NCBI RefSeq assembly: GCF_006345805.1
Contig: NC_042999.1
Span: 71,176,001 to 71,240,000 of the forward strand
Direction: 5' to 3'
From: Octopus sinensis
Taxonomy: Eukaryota
Length of the DNA: 64,000 nt
A model generated the notes under the pieces. The model was not told the DNA's origin, did no database searches, and was given only the letters and a program-made list of their open reading frames with translations. Below, in pieces: positions 1 to 13,600 of the stretch (position 1 is its first letter; each line of letters starts with the position of its first letter). A program made the position numbers and the translations under genes.

Positions 1-110
1 GAGTATGGTGGTTGGGCTATATTTCTGTGAAGGTATAGGCCCTTAGGTAGAATCCTAGGTAAATCCAAGCAGTATTTTGGCAGTATTTTGTATGACGCTT
101 TCATGTTGAA
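1..110 (-). mobile_element. R4/Dong-clade LINE, extreme C-terminal fragment
   Basis: Minus frame reads LQHESVIQNTAKILLGFT, resembling the LQKxxLLGTAxILR end of REL-encoding LINEs seen elsewhere in the window. Confidence 0.35.
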
Positions 111-334
111 GTAATGTATTAAGTGTAAAATGGTCCACGTGGGCATATAGAGTGAGAAGGTCAGACATCAAGATAGACAGAAGTGGGTTGTGAGTAGACA
201 GAAAGAGAGAGAAAAGACAGGAATGGGATAGGTGTGGGAAATAATGAAGGAGAGCGAAAGTAAAGTAAAAACAAATATCAAAAATAAAAGAAATAAAACA
301 TAAAAGAATAAAGATAGAAATAACAACTGTTTCA

Positions 335-1345
335 GTTCCTCCATCACCACTTTCAGGCCCAATATTATACTTCCTTTTCAGTGCCCTGTATTTTCGTTCG
401 CTTTTAAGCTCCCTTTTCTCCTTTCGGTCTAACACAGATTTCCTTCGAGAGCTATCTAACTCTGGCTGTATTCTTCTTTTCCACCATGGATATTTTCTTT
501 TGTCACTCCCATTATGTTTCTTTTCCTTGACATCAACACCCACGTTTTCTGATACAACAATACTTGCTGCCTTGAGCAAGTTATTTGTTTCTCTGATGTT
601 GTTTGTTCTGATGTATTTCAGAATTTCGATGACATTTTTCGTTTCGTGGTTCAATTTCCATCGATCAACCTCTTTAAGGTTGCAAATAATGTCACTATAG
701 TTCTCCTGTAGTCTTGCCTTTATTCTGTCGTAGATTGCCTTTTGTTCATCTGTCATGTCGCCATTAGTTTCATTCTCTTCTTTTAGATCATCTATATGTT
801 TCTCATCAAGTAAATTACCACAGCTCATTTCCTGTAAGAACTGTATTTTCATTGATATCTTTGCTGCTATATTCCATGAGTCGTCTTTTGATAGCTTCGA
901 GCTCTACTTCTGTTAACCAACGAATTTTTCCTATTGCTCTAGCTTGATCACATAGTCTCTGTTTCGTGAGTTGAAACAATCCCTTTTCTCTCCAATGATC
1001 ATACATACGTTGTCGGTAACCCCTAATTTGAGCACTATTTTCATCTACCGGGTTGCTCAGGTAGTAACACTCCATGACCACAGCATTAATTAGCTTCATG
1101 TACGCCGTGTGTGGTGGTTCCTTTCTATATTTCATCAGGCTGTATCCGGCCCAGAATCTCTAAACCTGCCGGGTGGAACATTGTCACCATGATTGGCTTC
1201 AGTTTCATTACCACCGTTATTCATTGTTTATTCATTGTCACTCATATGAGATAGCGATTATCAGGTTGTGTAATTACTAGTGTTTTTATTGTGACACCAT
1301 CACTAATCATTAATCAGTCCGTGGGGAGGCTCCACCCTTTTCCTT
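335..1345 (-). mobile_element. R4/Dong-clade LINE, 5' UTR and N-terminal ORF fragment (frameshifted)
   Basis: VVMECYYLSNP..RGYRQRMYDHWREKGLFQLTKQRLCDQARAI..WLTEVELEAIKR and YPWWKRRIQ motifs, typical of R4/Dong/Rex6 N-termini; 5' end abuts a (TAA)n run. Confidence 0.7.
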
Positions 1346-2793
1346 CCATTATTATTATTATTATCATCACATATATCACTGATATTATTGTTTTCATGTG
1401 TAGTAGCAGCATTGGTTGCAGCAACAGTAGCAGTGATGGGGGTAGTGGTAAGTGTGGTAGTTGGGCCTCAGACTCCTGCGCTGTCATAATAGCAGTATTT
1501 GTAGTATTAGCAGCTGAAGCACATTATTATTTTTAATTCTATCATTATCACCATCACCACCACTACCATTGTTATTACCATTATTACTATTTCCAATTAT
1601 TATTAACAGATTTTACTGAATGTTCTTTATTTTCAACATTTATTTTGTATTTGAGATAATCATAAATATGTGGTTGTTGAAGGAAATAGTTGGGTTGCAG
1701 CTTGGTGAATATATCATATATTCAGGTCTATAAACAAATTCGGCAGATGGTGGGGAGGTCTGGCATAGAGACAAAATAATCTTCGCACCCTTTTGGTCAG
1801 CAGAGGTCAAGTGTGTTTACTACTACCAGTGACCACTGAGAGCGCTGCCTTGGAAAGAAGCAATTCAACCGGTTCTATTTGTAATTACTGGTAGAGAAAA
1901 CAATATATATATATATATATATATATACATACACACACACACACAAATATATATATATACACTGCTATTCACGTCGTTTAATTTATTGAATTTCTGAATT
2001 CAATTGTGTTGTTGCAATAAAAGTTGCGTTTACGTATTTGGGTAATTAAAGTTTTAAAGTTTTCTTGGGATTTCGTTTGTCTGATCAGCTGGAGAACACA
2101 GTAGGTCTTTTGCAATGAAAATGATGTTTATATTTTCTAATACTCAGGGAGAGTCAAAAAGAAAAGAAAACGAGTTGTAGATAGTAAAGTTTTAAGATTT
2201 ACTGAATATGGTCTTTTCTATGACCGCACAGAGAGAAATGGTAGTGTTCTTTTTTGTTGTTGATAGATTTATCTCCGGGCATAATTTTTCTGTGGTGTTT
2301 TTAAACTTATGACTTGTTCACTCTGCCTGTGTGAGTCTGAAAAATAAAAAAATATTTTGTTTTGTTTTTTGTTTTTGCTTCGTTTGTGACACGTGTTTTC
2401 ATTTGCGTGTATGTGTTCTGTAAATTTCACGTAGTTGTGTAAGCATTGGGATATATGTTTGGTCCTATGGGTATTAAAATGTATATATGATTGTGTAGGC
2501 ATTCGAGTGTATGCGTAATTACTCAATTTATGTACTTACTGCTTTGTTCCATTTCTATTTTATAATTTGTAAACATTCCGGCGTTGTTTTCGCGTGTGTG
2601 TTTCGCACATGTTTCACTGAGACATCGTGCTTGGAGAAACTGTACTTTGTAAGGAAGTAAAACTTCGTTTTCATGATTATTTTCTTTAAAAGAACGTTTC
2701 CTTCAAAACTTTCCCAGGTCCCTTATCCCATTCCACCGATGTTATTAGATTAGATTTGTTTTTGAATGGAGAACTCGGTGAAGCACATCCATG

Positions 2794-2859
<66 letters not shown>

Positions 2860-2861
2860 TT

Positions 2862-3503
2862 CTTTTTTTTCTTCTTCTTTCAAATTTGCTTCCATTTCTT
2901 GCCGAGCATCTTCCCGACTCCTAGGGCAAAGAAACTCATAGTATACATTGGTAGGCCATTAAACCAAACTCAATAGTTTGTTCTTTTTTTTTAAGGTTAA
3001 ATTAAAATACATGGGCAGTAACAGCTCTCACAGCGACAATGCTCTTCTCAATACGTGTGATGTACCAGTTAAGACAATCTTTTGCACTTCTTGCAGGGAT
3101 GGTAAGCCAGGGATCATTCTCATATTATTTCGGTTCTCTTCTTGAACATTCCTAGTGCTCCTACGATCACTGGTATTGTAACCGCCTTGAGATGCCACAT
3201 TTTCTCAATTTCAATGATCAGGTCTTTAAATTTTCTGAGCTTGTCAAACTCTTTCGCCGAGATATTATGATTACAGGGGATGCTCATGTCGATCAATAAG
3301 CAAACTTTATTGTTTTTGTCTTTCACAACAATATCTGGTTTATTGGCTTTGATGGTTCGGTCTGTATGTACTGGAAAGTCCCACAGAATCGTTACATTTT
3401 CTCCTTCAGTTTCAGCTTCAGGGTGGTGATTATACCACTTGTCGGCAGTTTTGATATTGTAATGCCGACTTATTAGCCAGTGTAGATATTGGCCAACTCT
3501 GTC
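2862..3503 (-). mobile_element. 5'-truncated R4/Dong LINE (REL endonuclease + 3' UTR)
   Basis: DRVGQYLHW..ILWDFPVHTDRTIKANKPDIVVKDK..LLIDMSIP..KFKDL..W..TIPVIVGALG; both ends in (TAA)n. Confidence 0.85.
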
Positions 3504-3508
3504 ATGTC

Positions 3509-3621
<113 letters not shown>

Positions 3622-3805
3622 TATTGTTGTTGTTGCTGTGAACGTGCATGCAAATTTAATTAGCAGGTAGTTTATCTTGAGTTTGGTGTCAATAAGTCTC
3701 TTCAAATCTCAAGAATTTTTCTTCAGCTTCTTACAGAATATAGGATGGTACTTTTCTGCAGGTTGACATTTCCATTTTCTTTCTGTCTCTCAGATGGCAT
3801 TTTGG

Positions 3806-3877
<72 letters not shown>

Positions 3878-4285
3878 TACTTTTAATCTGCATGTATGTT
3901 ACAGTCAATTGCCGAGGCACACCTACTGTTCTGGGTCTAGTGAAGAATAAGAGGTGTTACATTATGACTGAAAACGTTGGAAGGAGAAGTAGCGAAATAT
4001 CTTCATGCAATGCAACACAGCCATTTGATTGGAAAAGGTTTTTCTAAGGATATGGGCAGTACTTATCAGTACAATGTTTTGGATTTCTCTGAGACATGGT
4101 TCTCCTGAGAACTTATCTAGATGTTTCTGACATCCATTTTTCATCATTCCTAGGGCACCGACATTAAAAGGAACAGTTCTCGTTTTTAGATGCCACATCT
4201 TTTGTATTTCAATTTCCAGGTCCTTATATCTACTTATTTTGTCAAATTCCCTGACAGATATATTCTTATCTGTAGGAACACTTAT
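3878..4285 (-). mobile_element. 5'-truncated R4/Dong LINE 3' end
   Basis: SVPTDKNISVREFDKISRYKDLEIEIQKMWHLKTRTVPFNVGALG..STAHILRK; flanked by (TAA)n on both sides. Confidence 0.85.
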
Positions 4286-4299
4286 CATTATTATTATCA

Positions 4300-4370
<71 letters not shown>

Positions 4371-4415
4371 ATTATTATTATTATATTATTATTATTATTA
4401 TTTATTATTATTATT

Positions 4416-4972
4416 GAGTGAGAGAGCAGTGCATGCCATCAAAATGACACTGGGGTAAAATATACGAAGCCCAATATACCCATCATGACTACCCGTCTGA
4501 TAAAGGTACAACAGGCACATGCATCACAACCATATGTGCGCGACATGGTGATCTCATATCAAGATAAACAGCACATGACCTTGCAGGTGGGGCTCAGTTA
4601 GAATTTTCTTCAGGCTGAGTGGCCCATCCCGCTCAAAAGGTCCCTGAATAAGGGTTATTTAAGGATGTTGAAAGAACCACCCATGTTTCCAGAGGTGAAT
4701 TATTCAAACCCCAAAGAATCCCTCTCAACACATGGCTATGATGCTCCCCCACTACTTCTGCTCGTGATCAGAGATGCACATATCGTCAGCCACTAAGGGA
4801 CATGCTCAACTGGTTAAGGTCAAACAACTGACAAGCAAATCTGTGGTATTGAGCAGAATATTTGCTGTAGCCCATCTTTTATACCAAGACAAAACAATGT
4901 ACATGATAACACTTCCAATCAGTTAAGATCAGAAGCCATGAGAGCCACTGCCTGGTACTGCATCAGGGCATT
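4416..4972 (-). mobile_element. Non-coding ~555-bp interspersed repeat embedded in (TAA)n, longest copy in window
   Basis: Near-identical partial copies at 39306-39530, 41040-41195 and 50388-50622; no ORF, no obvious A/B box. Confidence 0.8.
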
Positions 4973-5130
4973 TATTATTATTATTATTATTATTTTTTTT
5001 TTTTAGTAGTAGTAGTAGTAGTAGTGATATTAGTATTAATAGCAGTGATAATACTAGTTGTATTAGAGTTATTAGCATTAGTAGTAGTTTTGCTTTTCCT
5101 CTAATATGTATATATATATATATATATATA

Positions 5131-5712
5131 GTTAATTAATAAAACATATATCAGAAAAGAAGCACACTCTAAAGAATCGAGCAATAATTGTTACAACAAA
5201 AAAATTTTATCTTGGACATAGATATATAAGCCAAAGCCTTGTGGGCAGTTCTTTAGACTCTATATGAAGACAAAAATTAAAAATTTCTCTGTCGCGAACG
5301 TGAAGAAACGTTGAAAAAGCGAAAATACGTCTTAACAAAACAAAAAACACATTATGAGGGAGGGCTGTCTCTCCTGAACCAGAGGAGGAAACAACTCTTA
5401 TAAACCTGAAATGGCCTAATTCGCAAACGGGGAGATCCAATTTTCCAGTAGGTAGCGCTTGAAGTGGACACATTTAGAAAACACTTCTTAACGACTAATT
5501 AACACGCCAGGTTTCGTATAATCCTTAAGAATTCTGGCTCTCTCCGCGATGCAGATCTTGAAATGGCCACTTCCATGAATATATGGGCCCGGATGATCAA
5601 TTATTTTCCACCTGTTATGACGCGGGGTCTCTTGATCTTTGAGGAGCCACACATGGCAGGCCAGGGACGTGGCAAACCGTTTTTCTGTGACTCTGAAGTA
5701 TGACTGGTGGTT
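5131..5712 (-). mobile_element. Penelope-like element family 2, 3' fragment (GIY-YIG C-terminus + pLTR)
   Basis: NHQSYFRVTEKRFATSLACHVWLLKDQ..WKIIDHPGPYIHGSGHFKICIAERARIL..EVFSKCVHFKRYLLENW aligns with the C-terminus of the 32-34 kb PLE (TSLAKYVWELKE..WSILDRAAPY..CKLCLLEK..SELMNLCRH); 3' end abuts (TA)n. Confidence 0.75.
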
Positions 5713-6351
5713 GCATATACGCATACACATATATAGAAACACATACACACATATATGTGAATGTTTGTGTTGTAGTGTGTGTGTGAATTTATACATATTA
5801 TACGTTATATATTTATACATAGCGCAAAATGAAAAATAGTATCGAGTCGTATTTATTGATGCTTATGCCACTTTGCATTTTGAAGTTTACGTGAACAATG
5901 AAATAAGTACCATGCAATGCATTGAGACTGTGCATTTTCTAAGCTGACTAGCATGGTCATAGACAATATCTGAAACCAATGAAAGGTATGTAATAAAATC
6001 GTGATGAAACTACATACTTAGTTCACGGCTCTACTCTTTGCGAACTGTATTTACCTTGTAGCCTTTACTTCTATAAATGTAAGGTCATCGATACATCGAC
6101 GTAGAGCATAGTTCAGGAAATTTCCTGAAACCGTTACATGGCTGGCATTTATTATGTATCATGCTTCGATGAGATGAATGTATGAACAGTGAAATTGAAC
6201 CCATTCAACAGGATTTCCTCATATAGAAAACAGCTTCACACTTTTTTCCGACTTTGCATTCTCACTGAGTATTTATGTCACATTTATAAATTCGTCACCA
6301 CAGTTTCATATGGTTATATCCTTTATTATAGCAAAGTAATTGAAAGAGAGA

Positions 6352-6399
<48 letters not shown>

Positions 6400-7001
6400 T
6401 GAAGGTGAGAGTGAGAGAGACAGAGAAGGAAGGAGATTGAGAAAGAGGGAGAGGGAGAGGGAGACAGATAGATAGATAGAGAGAGACAGAGAGGGAGAGA
6501 GAGATAGAAAAATGTGTGTAAATATAGCTATGACATATTTATATTGCAATTCACACGAATGTTCCGTGATATCTTATTCCGAAATATTTTTATCGTGTCT
6601 TGTATTTCTCTCTCTCTCTCTCTCTGCCTCTCTCTCACACACACATACGCACACATACACAAACACACACACACACTCAAACAAACACATATACACATTA
6701 ACTCCAATGTGATATTTACTGTTGTTATTGTTCTACTTTTAACACTGTCATTTCGCTCTGCAATAATATATTTTTTCACAACACTGTGATCTTAAAGATA
6801 AAAAAAAAACTATATCATATCACGCTGTTTTTGTCCATTTGGTTCTCAACTCCATTGTCGATTTCTACTAAGCTATGCTTATGGTCTCCATGTAATTTTA
6901 CGACTTGGTTATTGTATCATTATGTTTTTACTTTGCCATGATTTTTATATCATTAGTTTTAACCCACATAATTTTTTACTTCTACTTTTGTTTTCATCGT
7001 A

Positions 7002-8186
7002 CAAAAGTTGGCTGAAAGGTTTATAGGGTGACTATGAAAGGGTGATGCTAGAGCTGTGAAATCTTTCATGCATTAATTTCGACTTTTCTAATTAATAACA
7101 ACATTTTTTCTTTCCAACTAAACTGACATATGACTCCAAATGTAACAAGTAGCAATTTCTCTTGAAAATGCAGAAAATTTGCATCATGCAGAAAAAGGGT
7201 TTATTCCTCAGCGACATTCATATCAATGAGGACGCGGCAGCTTTATCATTGTGTAAAACGAGGCAGCTGAGTTTAGGGAGGGAAACGAGAGTCTTGAAGA
7301 TGACCTAAAATATGGACTTCCAGCAACTGCTACTACCGAGTGTAACATTGAACTTGTTCACCGCATGGTCATGGATGGCAGACGATTGACTATAACTTAA
7401 ATAATCTATGCTATTAGCATATCTCGTGAGAGAGTTGAGAATATTCTGCACTATGAAATTGGCATGACAAAAGTTCTTGCTTGGTGGGTACCACGACTTC
7501 TGACACCTGATCACATCACAGGAAAATCTAACATTGTTTGAAACAGATCCAGTTGGTTTCCTTCAGCGTTTCTTAAGCCAGTATAAGTGTAGAGACAATC
7601 TATGCTGTGGAAACATCTCTCTTCACCTGCTCCAAAGAAGGTAAGGTCGTCTCATATGCTGGAAAGGAGATGACCTCAGTTTTTAAGGATGCAAATGGCA
7701 TTGTCTCTACCGACTATATTTAAAAGGGCCAACCATCAATTGGGAGTACTATTCCAACTTGATGAGGCAATTACAAAAAGGCTACGAAGACCAAATGCCC
7801 AAGAAAACCGACGAAAAGGAGTCTAGGTCTAGTTTCATAAAGACAGTGCTCCAGTACACAAGTCCTTGGTGTCAATGGCTCACGTGTATTTAAACTGGTT
7901 GATCACCCTCCCTCTTCTCCTGATTTGGCCTTATCTATCATCTACTCCACAACAGGAAAAACTGTTGACTAGGAACATATGTCGCAGTGATGATGACGTC
8001 ATATCTGCTGTTTGTGAATTTTTGCCGAACAGGATGAAAGCTTCTTCACCAATGGAATTTAAGCGGTTCAGCACCGATGGAAAAAGTGTGTGGAGCACGA
8101 AGGGAACTAAGTTGAAAATTAAACCTTGTTTGTCACATTCCATGAGAGAATCTTGGTCAGTCTATGAACTTTTCAGGCGATCCACG
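7002..8186 (+). mobile_element. Degenerate mariner (DD34D-type) DNA transposon
   Basis: WVPRLLT and HPPSSPDLA motifs, degenerate ~30-bp TIRs with TA flanks; homologous to 16546-17720. Confidence 0.85.
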
Positions 8187-9634
8187 TATCTGTAGTTTTT
8201 AATTCTCATTTGAGTTTTTTACACTATTGTGGATTTTACCTGTTTCTGCTGTCAACTCTAATGTAGACTGTTAATATTTATCTCTATTATCGATTAATCT
8301 GAAAATATCAATTATCTACACCTGGGACCATAAACATTTTAATCACGACTATCCAAACTTGTACACTAAGCATTTCTTTTGTTATTGTCCCCTTTCTATT
8401 TTGAGACAGAAGTGTATAAACTGAAAGAATTTGGCAGCTATCTAAAACATTAAGAGTGTTTCCTTAGAGAAACCCTTGCTCACTCAAAACTCTTTTGGTC
8501 CATAGTAGGTTTTACTTATGTTGGAGTTTAACTCAGTGGGTTCGTTTTACGTGCTGTAAATTTTACCCTTCTAAGGTCTTCAATCCACTTTTCTTGTTAA
8601 AGCACACAGAAGGGTTTAAATTAAGAACTACACTTTAACAAGCCTACCATCAATAGTACAATGCAACGTTTATATAACAAGATGGTGATGAGGAACACAC
8701 CTTTTTTTTATCAGAAATACTTTTAATTGATGTTACGTATTCAGAGTAAGACAATTTAGCAGAGACAAATTCTTTAGTAAGTTACAGTATGTAATGAAAG
8801 TATGTGTTCATGTTTGTATAGTAATGTAATACGCTCACTAATTATTCAGTGGTGCTGCTGAATAGTGATGTTTTTACATAAGTATAGTATTTGGACTGTA
8901 CGACTTAATGATTAAACATATATCTTTGAGGCAGGGCCCAGAAAAAACCCCAGCAGACTACATGATATGAAACAGCATGCTTTAGCTTTGTGAATGGTGC
9001 TCTGATCATTCAATTCTCTGGATCAACTTATTATTCACTTCCAAATATGGAAATAAAGTCTTTGGTAATAAGAAAACTTGTCTGATCAGAACACTGTTTT
9101 TCATTTAAAAAAAATGCAACTTTCGGAAATTCTGCGATATTATATATAATTTTTCACTTTGTAAGTGAAGGAAGAATAAGTATTTTAAACGAAAAACATA
9201 TTATACTTGACATTTCTCATACCCATAAACCAAATATCAGGCTTTTTTATTTCATTTTGTAGAGATGAGAAATCACCGATTACTAGATAAATGACTTTTT
9301 TCCTGTTTTAGGTTCGAAATATTTTTCTCGTAAACGGTTGACGTAGGTTGAAAACCACACACAAATATACACACAGATGCACACATATATCTATCTATAT
9401 ATGTATATATACGAACACAACTATGTGATAAATTCTTACGCACGCACGCACGCACACACACACACATACACATAAGCCACTTTACACACAAGAAATAAGA
9501 AATTAACATTAGTGACTTTCCTTTATATATTTGTGGATAAGGTATTATTTCACTACACATAAAAACCTCTATCTAGCTAAATCTGATAACCTCTTTGTAT
9601 CTCTTACTTTCATCCATTCATCCATCCAGTCTTT

Positions 9635-9752
<118 letters not shown>

Positions 9753-9794
9753 GTGTCACTACAAAGTTTTGTAAGCGTGCTCGTGTGCGTGTGT

Positions 9795-9890
9795 AGGCGC
9801 GTGGCTTAATGGTTAGGATATTGCACTCATAATCGTAAGATAAGATTGTGGTTTCGATTCATGGATCGCGCGATACTCTGGGTTCTTTTG
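9795..9890 (+). mobile_element. tRNA-derived SINE head, truncated
   Basis: A-box-like TGGCTTAATGG and B-box-like GTTTCGATTC. Confidence 0.5.
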
Positions 9891-9923
9891 AAAAAGACTT
9901 ATACATACACACACATACGCATA

Positions 9924-10023
<100 letters not shown>

Positions 10024-10097
10024 TCATTAATAAAAAAACATATATCAGAACGAAGCACACTCTAAAATATAGAACAGTAATTATTATAACAAAATTT

Positions 10098-10161
10098 TAT
10101 ATACAGTTACCCAAGGTTTCGCACATACAAAGCCTTGTGGACTGCTGGTCAGACTCTATAT
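10098..10161 (-). ncRNA. Type I hammerhead ribozyme, degenerate (CUGACCA core variant)
   Basis: ATATAGAGT-CTGACCA-GCA..TGC-GAAA-CCTTGG-GTA-ACTGTATAT. Confidence 0.6.
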
Positions 10162-10496
10162 CAATACAAAGTTGATTTTCCGGGTCCGTATATTAATGGA
10201 AGGAGCCATTGTAAAATTTGTATCACTGATAGAGCCAAAATTATTAAGGATTTTAAGAAGCTTAGCGCATTAAACAGCCCTAAAGAAGTATTTTCTAAAT
10301 GAATATATTTCAAACGTTACTTACTAGAAAATTGGATCTTTCCGTTTGATCATTAGGTCTCTCCTAGTATATAAGGGTCTGTTTTTTACCTTCCGTTTAA
10401 GGGGAAATAACCCGTAATCATTAACGTTTTCCCCATCCCTCGAGATCTGAGTATTTCCTCACGTCCACGACGTAGATATTTTAAAATGTTGCATTC

Positions 10497-10565
10497 ATAT
10501 AGAGTTACACGAGCTGTCCACAAGGCTTTAGCTTTGTGCGTGCGAAACCTTGGGTAACTCTATAT
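10497..10565 (+). ncRNA. Type I hammerhead ribozyme, degenerate (UACACGA core variant)
   Basis: ATATAGAGT-TACACGA-GC..GC-GAAA-CCTTGG-GTA-ACTCTATAT, perfect 9-bp stem I. Confidence 0.55.
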
Positions 10566-11447
10566 AAAATTTTGTTGTAATAAACGCCACGCATCCATTT
10601 CCAAGTAAGTTTATCTTAATAATTTTGATGCGATTCTACCTTCTACTGTCTTTCTCCTCCTCTTTCCTTTTTCTCTCTCTTCCTTCTCTGATTCTTTTTC
10701 TCCCCTTCTCTCCCTTTCGTTTTTCTCTCTCATACTTTCTCTAATTATTTTTTCTCACTTTACCGTTTTCTATCTGTCACTCTCTCTCTCTCTTCCTCCT
10801 TACTCTCTCTCGTTGCTCACACGTGACCACCGTCCATCTTTCTCTTCCTCACGTGATCATCTTTCTTTTCCTTCTGTCTGTCACATAGACCTGACGCATT
10901 TTTATCTGCCTCCTCTCCTATTTGTCGGTAATAATGTATTTTATAATTAATTAACGGCAATATAAAAGGAAAAGTGCTGTGTTTATAAATATGTAAGAGC
11001 CTATCTTTATGAAATTTTCCCATGCAGGTGAATTGGAAGAAGTAAAATGCCCTCTGCGTTTATCGCATCTCAAATCACTAGAATTTTTTTATGGAGATAC
11101 TTAAAAGATAAAGTTTATGGTACAAAACCAACAACGGTCGAATTGAGACAACCATTGTAAAACAATGTGCACACATACCGAATGAAATGTTTCTTGATGC
11201 TTGCGATTCTATAGCTTCACGTTATTAGCATTGCCCGAACCAGAACTATCATAAGAAATTAATTAAAAAATTACATTTTTAAAAAGAAATCTGTTTTAAT
11301 AAACACAAACTTTAGTATCATTCTATGTGCGTATGCAATTCTGAAAACCCTTTATATAATTCGAATAATCCTATCAGGTGGTGCTATTAAGTTAGGCCTG
11401 GACCAATCTTTGGTCGAAACATATCTAAGTTTATCCAAGTTTATATA

Positions 11448-11513
<66 letters not shown>

Positions 11514-11535
11514 AGGGTTTATATATATATAAAGG

Positions 11536-11574
<39 letters not shown>

Positions 11575-11846
11575 CATCAACCCACCCCACACGCACACAC
11601 ACACGACTTTTACCCGTCAGGTAACTTTTTAAGTATGCTTTTGTCACCTTCGGTAATATCATAATTATAATACAATAAAACTGTATAGTTCTATATTTAA
11701 GAGATGAGGAATTATGTACATTATTTACATTATTTATATTTGGAGGGTATATCAGCCGAAACATTGTGTTAACAACAAACAAGATGAGGACAAATATCCG
11801 TCAAATGTAAATAATGTAAATAATACTGTTTATAATAATAATAATA

Positions 11847-11894
<48 letters not shown>

Positions 11895-13139
11895 TAATAA
11901 TATTAAGCAGATACGGTACATTGTATCTTTGTTTCTGCAAACGATGTTAGTGTTGTTTTATGACTTGCGCGAAGAAAAGTATCACTGTAAATTAATTAAG
12001 GGTAATTAATTGTGATAAGTACCTTGTCAGTAATTTCATCAGCTGGTATTTTTTCGCCTAGGAATTACATCGCGTGCCAACACATCATTGGTAAAAATTA
12101 TCGCCGCGTTTGTGCATAACATTATTTAAAGATATTATTCACAGAGTAAATACATAAAATTTCATTGATAATGAAAAGAATTTTAAAGAGAAAAAATATG
12201 TTATCAATATAAAATTTCTTCAATGTATTTATGAGCAAAAAGAAAATCGAAGTTACTTTTAAAAATAAATTTAAAAATAAAATCTATAGTTTAAAAAATG
12301 GCAATTTTAAATTGCAGGAAGGAAGAATCATTTTAAAGAAGACACACCGTGAATAACGTTTCTTAAATAATCCAGTATTTCGCAGTTTTGATATTCATTA
12401 ATGATATATCGAATCCTCGAGGCAATTTCTGTGTGCAATGTAATATCCCTGAAGCAACGATATGCCATTCGATTATTACTTCCTTATTTTTTTTCAAGAT
12501 TTCTCATGATTTCTAGCACGCTAGCGAAATTTGACATTTATTTTGTGAAAAACAAAAAATAAAGAAAAACAAGATTAAATAATGTTTAGAGATATATTAA
12601 CTTTGCAGATAAAAAGTGTAACGATAAATTTACCGGCTATGTAACTGACCTGGCATTATATCGACGATATATTGGCTTACGAAGTAACTACCTGCGATGA
12701 AATTACAGGAGATACAACAGGTAATGAAATTACAGGTGTATTATTTACCGCAATATAATAACCTGCGATAATTCTACGACACTGAATTTATAGCTAATAC
12801 GTAAAAACACTACTCTGGGTTAACTGTGAAGCAGCTGCTAGTTACTTTTAGTCTTTGCGAAAACGATCAATAGAAATTCGAAAACGAATCAGTTGAGATT
12901 GGTTTCGAATCCAGCTCACTATTTTTTCGTACACTTGCGGCGTCTAAAATTCTCGGCTGGCTTAGTTATGCACTTATAATTACATGTCTTGATAAATCTA
13001 CAGAAAATCTAAGGCAGGCAATATACTTAAAAACACACACATATTAATAGTTATTTACTAATTATTCAAATTTAGAAACTCTTTTTTACCACACCCGTTT
13101 CTGCTGCTTAAAAGTAAATGAGTCAGAAATCTAAACTTT

Positions 13140-13600
13140 AAGCATCGGTTGCATCATATGGACGTTTTGGTATCTTGAGCTTGGCCTGTTTCGTAACCCC
13201 TGCTTCACTAGATCCTTTGCTAGTATGCCACATGAATTGCCATTCTTTGCAGGTACGGGTGACAGCTAGAGATCAGAATGAGCTTTCTGCCACCTATCAG
13301 CAAATGTGCAGTAATTCCAGATGAAGACACAACTAATAATCTACTTGAGAGAGGAAACTTTTTACCAAAATTAGGTTGGTCAAATATGTTTCTCCCATTC
13401 CATAAACGTCAACGAAAGCTCAAGATACCACCAATTGACTGATCACCGTAAAAGCTTAATTTCTATCTAGAATCAAGAGTAATTCATTTTGTTAAACACG
13501 GTGTTCAGCTGTTGAATACTCTAGCTGGTTACCTACAGAATTTATCGACTGGGAGTTTGCAGTTTTCGTTCCAACTGTACAGAGTTGCTGCAGTTCCAAC
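13140..13600 (+). mobile_element. Possible highly decayed CR1/L2-type LINE 3' remnant
   Basis: Weak peptide traces (LLER; HFVKHGVQLLNTL resembling the xxGPQLFNxLP terminal motif). Confidence 0.25.

Larger units (their letters stand above)
10025..10585 (+). mobile_element. Penelope-like element family 2: 5'-truncated 3' end with inverted pLTR
   Basis: 10165-10340 reads IDFPGPYINGRSHCKICITDRAKIIKDFKKLSALNSPKEVFSK*IYFKRYLLENW; ~80-bp inverted arms at 10081-10161 and 10497-10583; left end abuts (TA)n. Confidence 0.75.

Noticed and set aside
1120-1145. CTGATGA..GAAA on the minus strand
   Set aside because: No stem I or III complementarity; lies in R4 coding sequence. The same applies to CTGATGA at ~15615
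1290-1340. Possible HDV-like ribozyme in the R4 5' UTR (GTGG/CCAC and ACTGAT/ATTAGT hairpins)
   Set aside because: P1 and P2 pairings and the catalytic C could not be placed
10815-10860. Two CACGTG E-boxes beside a CT-rich tract
   Set aside because: No TSS or gene context; could occur by chance
13253-13310. Possible cadherin-like micro-exon (ttgcag|VRVTARDQNELSAT)
   Set aside because: Very short, weak donor, no supporting neighbouring exons, and lies in a probable decayed LINE
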